Positions 8,149 to 16,413 of a stretch of DNA of 40,808 nt are shown one piece after another. A model generated the notes under the pieces. The model had not been told where the DNA came from and did no database searches. It saw only the letters and a program-made list of their open reading frames with translations. The DNA is from a virus (Duplodnaviria; Heunggongvirae; Uroviricota; Caudoviricetes). The translations under genes and the position numbers were made by a program. The stretch is from IMG/VR virus record IMGVR_UViG_2778261545_000004; one strand, written 5' to 3'. How positions within the stretch are numbered: the stretch's first letter is position 1; each line of letters begins with the position of its first letter.

Positions 8149-9079
8149 ATTAACCGGCTATGTATGGGATGGTTGCGCTGCATCAGGCATGAAATTATCC
8201 AGCGTGGCAATTATGGCCCGCCTGGCTGATTTCAGTAATGACGAAGGTGTGTGTTGGCCATCAATTGAAACCATTGCCCGTCAGATTGGCGCGGGGATGA
8301 GTACCGTCAGGACGGCTATCGCACGGCTGGAAGCAGAAGGCTGGTTAACGCGTAAGGCGCGTCGCCAGGGTAACCGCAATGCGTCGAATGTTTATCAGCT
8401 TAACGTTGCGAAGCTTCAGGCAGCGGCATTTTCTCAACTGTCAGATTCTGACCCGTCAAAATCTGACGCATCAAAATCTGACCCGTCAAAATTTGATGCG
8501 TCGAAATCTGGCAAAAAAGCGGGTTTTCACCCGTCAGAATCTGGCGGGGATCCGTCAGTAAAATCAAAACATGATCCGTCAGATAAAAAACCTTCTCGTC
8601 CGGACGCTTCGCAACCGGACACGCAGACGGATGAACAGGATTTTTTAACTCGCCATCCTGATGCGGTTGTATTCAGCCCTAAAAAGCGCCATTGGGGAAC
8701 GCAGGATGATTTGACCTGCGCACAGTGGCTCTGGAAAAAAATCATCGCCCTGTACGAGCAAGCCGCCGAATGTGACGGCGAGGTGGTTCGTCCCAAAGAA
8801 CCGAACTGGACAGCCTGGGCAAACGAAATTCGCCTGATGTGTGTGCAGGATGGTCGTACTCACAAACAAATCTGCGAGATGTACAGCCGCGTCAGCCGCG
8901 ATCCGTTCTGGTGCCGTAACGTGCTCAGCCCGTCGAAGTTGCGGGAAAAATGGGATGAGCTTTCCCTGCGCTTATCACCGTCCGTCAGCACGTACACCGA
9001 AAAACGCGAAGACCCGTACTTCAAATCCAGTTACGACAACGTGGACTACAGCCAGATCCCGGCAGGATTCAGGGGGTGA
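8138..9079 (+). CDS. Replication initiator protein (O-like: N-terminal HTH domain, low-complexity linker, C-terminal domain)
   Basis: 313 aa; GAGG RBS; iteron array lies inside the linker-coding region as in lambda O. Confidence 0.7.
   Translation: MSTKLTGYVWDGCAASGMKLSSVAIMARLADFSNDEGVCWPSIETIARQIGAGMSTVRTAIARLEAEGWLTRKARRQGNRNASNVYQLNVAKLQAAAFSQLSDSDPSKSDASKSDPSKFDASKSGKKAGFHPSESGGDPSVKSKHDPSDKKPSRPDASQPDTQTDEQDFLTRHPDAVVFSPKKRHWGTQDDLTCAQWLWKKIIALYEQAAECDGEVVRPKEPNWTAWANEIRLMCVQDGRTHKQICEMYSRVSRDPFWCRNVLSPSKLREKWDELSLRLSPSVSTYTEKREDPYFKSSYDNVDYSQIPAGFRG
8447..8590 (+). repeat. Iteron array (probable replication origin) inside the O-like gene
   Basis: At least five copies of CCGTCA(A/G)(A/T)A(A/T)-type repeats, including two longer TCTGACCCGTCAAAAT units. 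Confidence 0.5.
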
Positions 9080-9081
9080 TC

Positions 9082-9570
9082 ATGAGTCTTTTGAATGAAG
9101 TTCAGAAATTCATTGAAGCCCATCCGGGATGTACTTCCGGAGACATTGCGGATGCTTTTGCAGGTTACTCACGGCAGCGCGTTCTGCAGTCAGCAAGCAA
9201 GTTACGTCAGAGTGGGCGTGTGGCTCACCGTTGTGAAGGAGATACACGCAGACATTTCCCGCGCCTGACTGAGAGAGCGCAGGAACCGGAACCACAACCA
9301 GTTCGAGAAACCAGACCTGTGCGCAATTTCTATGTCGGCACTAACGATCCACGGGTGATTTTGTGCCTGACCCGCCAGGCTGAAGAACTGGAGTCCAGGG
9401 GCTTATACCGTCGTGCTGCAACCGTGTGGATGGCGGCATTCCGTGAAAGCCACTCCCAGCCAGAACGAAACAATTTTCTGGCGCGTCGTGAGCGGTGCTT
9501 ACGGAAAAGCAGCAAGCGCGCTGCATCGGGTGAAGAGTGGTATCTGTCAGGGAATTACGTGGGGGCTTAA
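9082..9570 (+). CDS. Putative transcriptional regulator (winged-helix N-terminus, PerC-like C-terminus)
   Basis: AGGGGG RBS 5 nt before ATG 9082; C-terminal AEELESRGLYRRAATVWMAAF resembles PerC-family proteins (from memory). Confidence 0.45.
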   Translation: MSLLNEVQKFIEAHPGCTSGDIADAFAGYSRQRVLQSASKLRQSGRVAHRCEGDTRRHFPRLTERAQEPEPQPVRETRPVRNFYVGTNDPRVILCLTRQAEELESRGLYRRAATVWMAAFRESHSQPERNNFLARRERCLRKSSKRAASGEEWYLSGNYVGA

Positions 9571-10223
9571 TGAGTAATAAATATTGCCAGGCGCTGGTGG
9601 AACTGCGGAACAAACCAGCCCATGAACTGAAGGAAGTGGGCGATCAGTGGCGCACGCCGGACAACATTTTCTGGGGAATTAACACCCTGTTTGGCCCGTT
9701 TGTTCTGGATCTGTTTACTGACGGTGATAACGCCAAATGTGCCGCGTATTACACGGCGGAAGATAACGCGCTGGCGCATGACTGGTCAGAACGTCTTGCG
9801 GAGCTTAAAGGTGCTGCCTTTGGTAATCCCCCATACAGCCGCGCCAGTCAGCATGAGGGACAATACATCACCGGCATGCGTTACATCATGAAACATGCCA
9901 GTGCCATGCGTGATAAGGGCGGGCGCTATGTTTTCCTGATCAAAGCTGCCACCAGCGAAGTGTGGTGGCCGGAAGATGCGGACCATATTGCTTTTATTCG
10001 CGGGCGTATTGGTTTTGAACTGCCTGCCTGGTTTATCCCGAAGGATGAGAAGCAGGTGCCGACAGGCGCTTTCTTCGCTGGTGCTATTGCTGTTTTCGAC
10101 AAGACCTGGAAGGGACCGGCAATCAGCTACATCGGGCGCGATGAACTTGAGGCATGTGGTGAAGCCTTTCTGGTGCAGGTTCGCCAGCAGGCGGAAAAAC
10201 TGGTCAGGGAGATGGCGGCATGA
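9570..10223 (+). CDS. Phage DNA N6-adenine methyltransferase (Dam-like), orphan
   Basis: NPPY catalytic motif (FGNPPYS); GGGGG RBS; start ATG 9570 overlaps the upstream stop; no cognate restriction gene adjacent. Confidence 0.8.
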   Translation: MSNKYCQALVELRNKPAHELKEVGDQWRTPDNIFWGINTLFGPFVLDLFTDGDNAKCAAYYTAEDNALAHDWSERLAELKGAAFGNPPYSRASQHEGQYITGMRYIMKHASAMRDKGGRYVFLIKAATSEVWWPEDADHIAFIRGRIGFELPAWFIPKDEKQVPTGAFFAGAIAVFDKTWKGPAISYIGRDELEACGEAFLVQVRQQAEKLVREMAA

Positions 10224-10546
10224 CGACGTTAACTCAATGCCAGCAGCAGGTGCTGGATATGCTGATTTCTTACCAGAAAGAGCGTGGCTTTCCGCCAACC
10301 AATCAGGAGGTGGCAACCATGCTGGGATACCGTTCAGTGAATGCAGCGGTAGAGCATCTTCGTGCACTGGAGAAAAAAGGCGTCATCACGATAAAGCGTG
10401 GCGTGGCCCGGGGGATAACGCTTCATACCGCGGTGAAGGACGACGACAGCGAGGCGGTCGGGATTATCCGCGCACTGCTTGCCAGTGAGGAAAACGCCAG
10501 GCTGCGTGCAGCCCACTGGTTACATGAGAGAGGCCTGAAAGTATGA
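10220..10546 (+). CDS. LexA N-terminal DNA-binding-domain homologue lacking the autopeptidase domain
   Basis: 108 aa; LTQCQQQVLDMLISYQKERGFPPTNQEVATMLGYRSVNAAVEHLRALEKKGVI closely matches the LexA winged-HTH; no S24 domain. Confidence 0.7.
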   Translation: MTTLTQCQQQVLDMLISYQKERGFPPTNQEVATMLGYRSVNAAVEHLRALEKKGVITIKRGVARGITLHTAVKDDDSEAVGIIRALLASEENARLRAAHWLHERGLKV

Positions 10547-10932
10547 AGCTGATCTTGCCTTTCCCGCCCAGCGTGAACACGTACTGGCGACACCCCAACA
10601 AAGGGGCGTTTGCTGGTAAGAGTCTGATAAGCGCGGTGGGGCGAAAATTCCAGAGCGCGGCGTGCGCAGCAATAGTTGAGCAGTTACGTCGTCTGCCGAA
10701 ACCAACGTCGGCACCTGCTTCAGTGGAGATCGTGTTGTTTCCTCCGGATAACCGGATCCGCGATCTGGACAACTATAACAAGGCGCTGTTTGACGCCCTG
10801 ACCCACGCGGGTGTGTGGGAAGACGACAGTCAGGTGAAAAGAATGCTGGTGGAGTGGGGACCGGTTATCCCGGGAGGGAAGGTCGAGATCACTATCAGTA
10901 AGTACGAGAAAACGGCGGGTGCAGCCGCCTGA
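10543..10932 (+). CDS. rusA: Holliday junction resolvase RusA
   Basis: 129 aa, RusA-like N-terminus (LPFPPSVNTYWRH) and acidic catalytic region (DLDNYNKALFDAL). Confidence 0.85.
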   Translation: MKLILPFPPSVNTYWRHPNKGAFAGKSLISAVGRKFQSAACAAIVEQLRRLPKPTSAPASVEIVLFPPDNRIRDLDNYNKALFDALTHAGVWEDDSQVKRMLVEWGPVIPGGKVEITISKYEKTAGAAA

Positions 10933-10951
10933 TTAAGAGGAGAAACGAAGT

Positions 10952-11761
10952 ATGAATAATCTGATGGTCATTGATGGTATTGAAGTTCGTCGTGATGCTT
11001 ATGGGCGTTACAGCCTGAACGATCTGCACAGGGCAGCCGGGGGAGAACAAAAAAACCGCCCGAAATACTGGCTCTCCAATAAGCAAACCTGTGAATTGAT
11101 TGAACAACTTTTCACCGAGGGTGGAATTCCGCCTCTGGAACAAAATCAACCAGTTAGCGTCATTAATGGCGGAAATAACCAGGGGACGTATGTCTGCAAA
11201 GAACTGGTGTATGCCTATGCAATGTGGATCAGCCCGTCATTCCATCTGAAGGTGATCCGTACTTTCGATATGGTAACCAGCGTACCGGAAAAATTATCCG
11301 GGCAGGCTGCTGACAAGATGCAGGCTGGAGTGATTCTGCTGGACTTTATGCGCAGGGAGTTAAACCTGTCTAACTCTTCAGTGCTTGGGGCCTGTCAGAA
11401 ACTCCAGGAGGCTGTTGGCTTACCGAATCTGGCACCGCGCTATGCCATTGATGCTCCTGCTGACGCGCCTGATGGCTCAAGTCGCCCGACACTGTCGCTG
11501 AGTGCACTGCTGAAACAGTATGGTATCCGCCTTACGGCTAATCAGGCATATCACCAGATGGCGAAGCTGGGGATCGTCGAGCAGCGCGAACGATACAGCC
11601 GTACCGCGATTAACAACATCAAAAAATTCTGGTCGCTGACGGCGAAAGGCTGCATGTTCGGCAAGAACATCACCAGTCCCGCAAATCCGCGCGAGACGCA
11701 GCCGCATTTCTTCGAATCCCGATTCCCTGAGCTGTTAAAGTTGCTCGATACCGTTCATTGA
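10952..11761 (+). CDS. KilA-N domain protein (antirepressor-like)
   Basis: 269 aa, N-terminal KilA-N signature (YSLNDLHRAAGG...WLSNKQTCELI...YAMWISPSFHLKV); strong AGAGGAG RBS. Confidence 0.75.
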   Translation: MNNLMVIDGIEVRRDAYGRYSLNDLHRAAGGEQKNRPKYWLSNKQTCELIEQLFTEGGIPPLEQNQPVSVINGGNNQGTYVCKELVYAYAMWISPSFHLKVIRTFDMVTSVPEKLSGQAADKMQAGVILLDFMRRELNLSNSSVLGACQKLQEAVGLPNLAPRYAIDAPADAPDGSSRPTLSLSALLKQYGIRLTANQAYHQMAKLGIVEQRERYSRTAINNIKKFWSLTAKGCMFGKNITSPANPRETQPHFFESRFPELLKLLDTVH

Positions 11762-11762
11762 G

Positions 11763-12758
11763 GTGACCGTGAGAGCACTACTGACCCCTGAAATAGCCCC
11801 GCGTATGGGGATCGTATTGTTCAGACCAGGTTCAGAGCTGATGCCCCTGTTTATGCAGGGGCGTGTACTGCTGGAGCCTGAGCCGGAACGTTATTCATCT
11901 TTCGCCAGTGGTGCCGTTCCCGCGGCATCACAACCGCTGGCGGATGATCCTGCTGTTCGGGCCGTGTTCCGCAATGAGGCAGTGATCCGTCGTGCTGGTG
12001 GCGTAGAATGTCTTGAAAGCTGGTTACTTCGTGAAAAAGGCTGCCAGTGGCCTCATTCCGACTGGCACAGCGAGAACATGACCACAATGCGACACGCGCC
12101 GGGCGCAATCCGTCTGTGCTGGCACTGTGATAACCAGCTGCGCGATCAGTTCACGGAACGGCTGGAATCAATGGCAACGGATAACTGTGCCCGCTGGGTG
12201 TTGTCTGTTGTGCGTCGGGATCTCGGTTTTGATGATAGTCACGTTGTGACAATGCCGGAACTGTGCTGGTGGCTGATTCGTAATGACCTGGCGGATGCCT
12301 TACCGGAAAGTGCAGCCCGTAAGGCACTGAGATTACCAAAGCCTGTTGTGCCGTCTGTCACCCGGGAAAGTGACCTTGTGCCTTCGGTTCCTGCCACCAG
12401 CATCATCCAGGATAAGGCAAAAAAGGTGCTGGCGCTGAAAGTGGATCCGGAGTCGCCGGAGTCTTTTATGTTACGCCCAAAACGTCGCCGCTGGGTTAAT
12501 GAAAAGTACACGCGCTGGGTTAAGACACAGCCGTGTGCATGTTGTGGAAAGCCCGCTGATGATCCCCACCACCTGATAGGCCACGGTCAGGGGGGAATGG
12601 GTACAAAAGCGCATGACCTCTTTGTGTTGCCTTTGTGCAGAAAGCATCACGACGAGCTGCATGCGGATACCGTGGCATTTGAAGAGAAGTATGGCTCCCA
12701 GCTGGAGCTGATATTTCGTTTTATCGATCGTGCGCTGGAAATAGGCGTGCTGGCCTGA
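11763..12758 (+). CDS. DUF968-like prophage protein with Cys/His-rich C-terminal motif (putative nuclease)
   Basis: 331 aa; C-terminal PCACCGKPADDPHHLIGHG...CRKHHDELH; start codon uncertain (GTG). Confidence 0.55.
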   Translation: MTVRALLTPEIAPRMGIVLFRPGSELMPLFMQGRVLLEPEPERYSSFASGAVPAASQPLADDPAVRAVFRNEAVIRRAGGVECLESWLLREKGCQWPHSDWHSENMTTMRHAPGAIRLCWHCDNQLRDQFTERLESMATDNCARWVLSVVRRDLGFDDSHVVTMPELCWWLIRNDLADALPESAARKALRLPKPVVPSVTRESDLVPSVPATSIIQDKAKKVLALKVDPESPESFMLRPKRRRWVNEKYTRWVKTQPCACCGKPADDPHHLIGHGQGGMGTKAHDLFVLPLCRKHHDELHADTVAFEEKYGSQLELIFRFIDRALEIGVLA

Positions 12759-12775
12759 TTTTGTGGAGAAATTTG

Positions 12776-13141
12776 ATGCGTGATATTCAGATCATCCTTG
12801 AACGTTGGGGGGCATGGGCAGCTAGTGATAGCTCAGGAGTGGACTATTCGCCTATAGCTGCTGGGTTTAAGGGACTTCTTCCCTATACCAGTAAGGCACG
12901 CCAAGCTTGTTCAGATAATGATGCGCTAATTATTGAAAGTTGCTTGGAGCAACTAAAAAAAAGAAAACCTTATGAGCATTCTCTACTGGTTGCGCATTAT
13001 TTGTACGGGTTTTCAAAGCGGAAGATTGCCAAAGTACAAGGAAAGGATGAGAAATTAATCCGTATAGAAATATTGTTAGCAGAGGGATTCATTGATGGTT
13101 GCCTTTCTACTCTCGATATTCATTTAGATATGGAGTTATAA
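12776..13141 (+). CDS. Late-gene antiterminator Q (QuuD-like)
   Basis: 121 aa from ATG 12776 (GGAG upstream); MRDIQIILERWGAWAA N-terminus typical of this Q family. Confidence 0.8.
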   Translation: MRDIQIILERWGAWAASDSSGVDYSPIAAGFKGLLPYTSKARQACSDNDALIIESCLEQLKKRKPYEHSLLVAHYLYGFSKRKIAKVQGKDEKLIRIEILLAEGFIDGCLSTLDIHLDMEL

Positions 13142-13150
13142 TAAAAATAA

Positions 13151-13197
13151 CCCCGTAAACTTTATGTTTACGGGGGAAGGTTATTTCTTTTTTTTAT
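13151..13197. terminator. Bidirectional hairpin terminator between Q and the convergent TIR-like gene
   Basis: CCCCGTAAAC-TTTAT-GTTTACGGGG with T-rich tracts on both sides. Confidence 0.6.
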
Positions 13198-13996
13198 TAC
13201 TTTCAGATAATCGTCGGTTTAATGTGTATTTTATTTGGTTCCTAATCATTTTTTCAGGAATGTCATATTTGTCTAAGAATGATATTATTTCATCCTCGTC
13301 AAGCAATCCATTCTTTATAATTTCATCTATCTGTTTTTGTAGATACCAAACATCCTTCTGTTCTACAGGAGTTAAATTCATATGGCTATTTATGGAGTTG
13401 ATAGTAGCATCACGTTCAAGAACTCTAATCCTTTGATTTAATGAACGAGTGTTTTGTAATATTTCAGATAAAAGATCTTGTTCAGTACGTGGTTTTACTT
13501 CTTCAGTTGGAGGGTATTGATCTAAAGCTCGTTTAAAATTGTTTTCAAATTGCTCCCAGTATGTATTAAAAACTTGCTTTAGAATACGGTCATCTAAAGA
13601 TTTATCGACAAGACAATTGTTTATTGTCCTTACTAATTCCCAAACACTCTCTTTATTTGGCGTTGTGTGATTGAATTGAGCAAGTGGATCTTTTAAATCT
13701 TCTGGTTTTAAGTCAATCAAGAATGTACAAACTTTATTTGTTGAAAGTCCTTTTGCTAGTGCTCCTGTTTCAAACAAAATCCATGGTTTATTTTTATTTT
13801 CTTGTGTCAAACATACAATTCCGACAGATACATCTTTTAATTTATCATTAATTTCAGAGAACCATATAGCGCCACGATCAATATCTCTGGTTGAAATCCA
13901 TGGCTGCGAAGCTTGGATAACACACTTCAGCCAGTCGCTAATAAGTTCTGCAACAGCTTGACTTCTTTGCCCAGACCAACTTATGAACACTTTCAT
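13181..13996 (-). CDS. TIR-like domain protein with C-terminal helical domain (moron)
   Basis: 271 aa from MKVFISWSG (TGGAG 6 nt upstream); motifs DIDRG, VGIVCLT, PWILFETG match TIR consensus by eye; AT-rich; reverse orientation between Q and lysis genes. Confidence 0.55.
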   Translation of the reverse strand: MKVFISWSGQRSQAVAELISDWLKCVIQASQPWISTRDIDRGAIWFSEINDKLKDVSVGIVCLTQENKNKPWILFETGALAKGLSTNKVCTFLIDLKPEDLKDPLAQFNHTTPNKESVWELVRTINNCLVDKSLDDRILKQVFNTYWEQFENNFKRALDQYPPTEEVKPRTEQDLLSEILQNTRSLNQRIRVLERDATINSINSHMNLTPVEQKDVWYLQKQIDEIIKNGLLDEDEIISFLDKYDIPEKMIRNQIKYTLNRRLSESNKKKK

Positions 13997-14120
13997 TATG
14001 TACTCCATGTAATCACTCAAAAGGAACTGAAATTTACATTAAAAATTAAATAAAATCACTCACGCGGTCCGCAGAAACCATTGTAATCTGTTATGAGTGG
14101 TTACTTCGCCACACAACTTA

Positions 14121-14150
14121 AACCCGCCGTCGAGCGGGTTTTGTCGTTTC
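14121..14150 (+). terminator. tR'-like rho-independent terminator upstream of the lysis cassette
   Basis: AACCCGC-CGTCGA-GCGGGTT followed by TTGTCGTTTC; expected target of Q antitermination. Confidence 0.5.
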
Positions 14151-14293
14151 TGGTCCTAGGGATTAATTGCTTCTGCCCTATCCCGCAGTTATCCATTGGC
14201 TCGGCTTCTTTTACGTTTCCGCTTCTGATTTGCGGTTCGTGGTACACCCTCAATTTGCACCTCCTTTATCGGCGAGGTGAGAGATAACTACAA

Positions 14294-14620
14294 ATGCCTC
14301 ATAACCCAAATACCTGGCTGGAGTTGTTCCAGAGCTGGTGGCGTGGAGACACACCACTGGGCGCAGTAATTATGTCGATCGTTATGGCTGGCTTGCGCAT
14401 TGCCTATTTTGGCGGTGGTGGTGGCTGGAAGCGAAAAACGCTCGAGATTTTTCTCTGTGGCGCTCTGACACTGACTTTTGCATCCGCTCTTGAGTATGTC
14501 GGATGGCCTAAATCTCTTTCTGTTGCCATTGGTGGCGGCGTTGGGCTGATCGGGGTCGATGCTATTCGTGGTGCGGCAATGAGAGTAATCGGTAACAAGT
14601 TTGGTAGCTCGAAGGAGTAA
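14294..14620 (+). CDS. Holin (lambda S-like, class I)
   Basis: 108 aa, three hydrophobic segments, charged C-terminus; pattern resembles lambda S (YxGG...C..I.W). Confidence 0.7.
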   Translation: MPHNPNTWLELFQSWWRGDTPLGAVIMSIVMAGLRIAYFGGGGGWKRKTLEIFLCGALTLTFASALEYVGWPKSLSVAIGGGVGLIGVDAIRGAAMRVIGNKFGSSKE

Positions 14621-14623
14621 TTT

Positions 14624-15100
14624 ATGCAGGAACTAAATCCTCAGCGTAAAGCTTTCCTTGATATGGTGGCCTGGTCAGAAGGAACGGATAACGGGCGACA
14701 ACCGACACGTAACCACGGTTATGACGTTATTGTTGGCGGCGAACTGTTTACTGATTACTCCGATCACCCTCGCAAACTTGTCACGTTAAACCCCAAACTC
14801 AAATCAACAGCAGCCGGACGTTACCAGCTTCTTTCCCGTTGGTGGGATGCTTACCGTAAGCAACTTGGACTGAAAGACTTCTCTCCGAAAAGCCAGGATG
14901 CTGTTGCGCTGCAGCAGATTAAGGAGCGTGGCGCTTTACCGATGATTGATCGCGGTGATATTCGTCAGGCAATCGACCGTTGCAGCAATATCTGGGCGTC
15001 GTTACCTGGTGCAGGTTATGGTCAGTATGAACATAAAATAGGCGACCTGATTGCCCGATTTAAAGAGGCTGGTGGGGAAGTAAATGAAGCTGAGATATAA
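14624..15100 (+). CDS. R: Endolysin, lambda R-type lytic transglycosylase
   Basis: 158 aa, near-identical to lambda R as recalled (QRKAFLDMVAWSEGTDNGRQ...GYDVIVGGELFTDYSDHP); AAGGAG RBS. Confidence 0.9.
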   Translation: MQELNPQRKAFLDMVAWSEGTDNGRQPTRNHGYDVIVGGELFTDYSDHPRKLVTLNPKLKSTAAGRYQLLSRWWDAYRKQLGLKDFSPKSQDAVALQQIKERGALPMIDRGDIRQAIDRCSNIWASLPGAGYGQYEHKIGDLIARFKEAGGEVNEAEI

Positions 15101-15476
15101 GCTGGTTATTGTTGCCTTCTTTGTTACCGTCATTGGTTCCTTCATCTGGTCTACCGGGCATTACTACAGCAAATATCAGCACGAAAAGGAGCGTGCTGAT
15201 GAGGCTGTACGAAATGCTGAATCAGCAACTGCCATTACCCGTAACGTTCTGCAATCACTGCAAATCATCAATACAGTTATAGAGGCTAACCAGCATGCAA
15301 AACAGCAGATCGCACTGGAGTCACAGAGAACCCAGGAAGATATCAAAGTGGCTGTTGCGGATGATGATTGTGCTTCACGTCATGTGCCTGCTGCCGCTGC
15401 TGACCGGTTGCGGAAGTACGCGAACAGTTTACGTGCCGGTTCCGGCGGTACCGCTGCCAACAAGCCTGACCACTGA
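15084..15476 (+). CDS. Rz: i-spanin (Rz-like)
   Basis: N-terminal TM helix then coiled-coil region; overlaps endolysin stop. Confidence 0.65.
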   Translation: MKLRYKLVIVAFFVTVIGSFIWSTGHYYSKYQHEKERADEAVRNAESATAITRNVLQSLQIINTVIEANQHAKQQIALESQRTQEDIKVAVADDDCASRHVPAAAADRLRKYANSLRAGSGGTAANKPDH

Positions 15477-15618
15477 AACGCCCCAGCCAGTCATTCCCGA
15501 CCCGCTGACCTATGGGGCCAGTCTGGATCTGAATGTGAGCCTGCTTTCGGCGCTGGGCCAGTGCAACATCGACAAGGCCAGTATCAGGAAGATAGAAACG
15601 TCACGCAACTCACAGTAG
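15361..15618 (+). CDS. Rz1: o-spanin lipoprotein (Rz1-like), overlapped architecture
   Basis: Alternate frame inside and beyond Rz; lipobox LLTGC, Pro-rich mature part; start uncertain (15295 or 15361). Confidence 0.5.
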   Translation: MMIVLHVMCLLPLLTGCGSTRTVYVPVPAVPLPTSLTTETPQPVIPDPLTYGASLDLNVSLLSALGQCNIDKASIRKIETSRNSQ

Positions 15619-15657
15619 CCATTACAAAGCTCATCTGCGGGTGGGCTTTGTAATGGC

Positions 15658-15957
15658 TTATTCGTAGTTGTCACCAGGGAAGTATTCCTGAAACTTTGAT
15701 TTTGGGAGCTGGGTTTTCGCGAAGTTCGCAAGCCTTCCTCTTGTAAGCATGTAGTCACACCCACCTTCTTGTTTGAGAAGGTCACTAGCTAATGTCCGAT
15801 ACACAACGTCACTTCGCAAAATTTCAATGGTGGAATTCCTGATGAGAAATGTTTCACACATCGGGCATCTAATTAACCAAGCGGTATCACGGTTCTGCCA
15901 GGTCGCATCTGAATTGCAAGCCGGGCAGCATTTCTGATCTTCTTGTCCTATGACCAT
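15658..15957 (-). CDS. Hypothetical Cys-rich protein (zinc-ribbon-like), moron between spanins and HNH
   Basis: 99 aa from second ATG (GAGAG 7 nt upstream); CCPAC...CPMCE motifs; reverse orientation in the late region. Confidence 0.45.
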   Translation of the reverse strand: MVIGQEDQKCCPACNSDATWQNRDTAWLIRCPMCETFLIRNSTIEILRSDVVYRTLASDLLKQEGGCDYMLTRGRLANFAKTQLPKSKFQEYFPGDNYE

Positions 15958-16036
15958 TGTCATGCTCTCGCATAGTGAAGGAATTTTCAGATTAACTCAT
16001 TTTCAGACGCATCGTAATGGCTTAAGGAAACAATTA

Positions 16037-16387
16037 ATGCCACCACGTACACCAAAAGCCTGCCGCGTTCGCGGTTGCCGCAATACCACTACTGACCCGT
16101 CAGGCTATTGCGAAAGCCACAAAAGCGAAGGCTGGAAGCAATACAAACCAGGCCTGTCACGTCATCAGCGCGGTTACGGTTCGAAGTGGGATACCATCCG
16201 TGAACGTGTGCTGAAGCGTGACAAAGGCCTGTGTCAGTTATGTCTGCGTGCCGGTGTGGTGCGTGAGGCGAAAACCGTTGACCACATTATCCCTAAGGCG
16301 CATGGCGGCACTGACGCTGACAGTAATCTGCAGAGCCTGTGCTGGCCATGTCATAAGGCGAAAACGGCCCGTGAACGGTTGAAGTAA
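16037..16387 (+). CDS. HNH endonuclease (terminase-associated)
   Basis: 116 aa from ATG 16037 (AAGGAAA RBS); HNH motif (DHIIPKAHGG...N...CWPCH); immediately upstream of terS. Confidence 0.85.
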   Translation: MPPRTPKACRVRGCRNTTTDPSGYCESHKSEGWKQYKPGLSRHQRGYGSKWDTIRERVLKRDKGLCQLCLRAGVVREAKTVDHIIPKAHGGTDADSNLQSLCWPCHKAKTARERLK

Positions 16388-16413
16388 GAACCAGTTCCCA
16401 CAGCCAGAGGGGA

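Noticed and set aside
8447-8590. Short direct repeats that could be mistaken for a CRISPR array
   Set aside because: Repeats are short, irregularly spaced and lie inside a coding region; they fit replication iterons. No CRISPR array is present in the window.
9537-9569. Upstream start for the Dam methyltransferase (ORF track 9537)
   Set aside because: It would overlap the upstream gene by 34 nt; ATG 9570 has a GGGGG RBS and a TAATG stop-start junction.
13181-13996. Canonical Thoeris (ThsA plus ThsB) interpretation of the TIR-like gene
   Set aside because: No SIR2/SLOG or macro-domain ThsA-like gene is nearby; the gene is flanked by Q and the lysis cassette.
14093-14287. 64 aa plus-strand ORF between the TIR-like gene and holin
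   Set aside because: No RBS, it spans the tR'-like terminator hairpin, and the translation is low complexity; more likely the late leader region.
15950-16036. N-terminal extension of the HNH endonuclease (ORF track 15950)
   Set aside because: AAGGAAA RBS precedes ATG 16037 and the extension overlaps the divergent reverse-strand gene.
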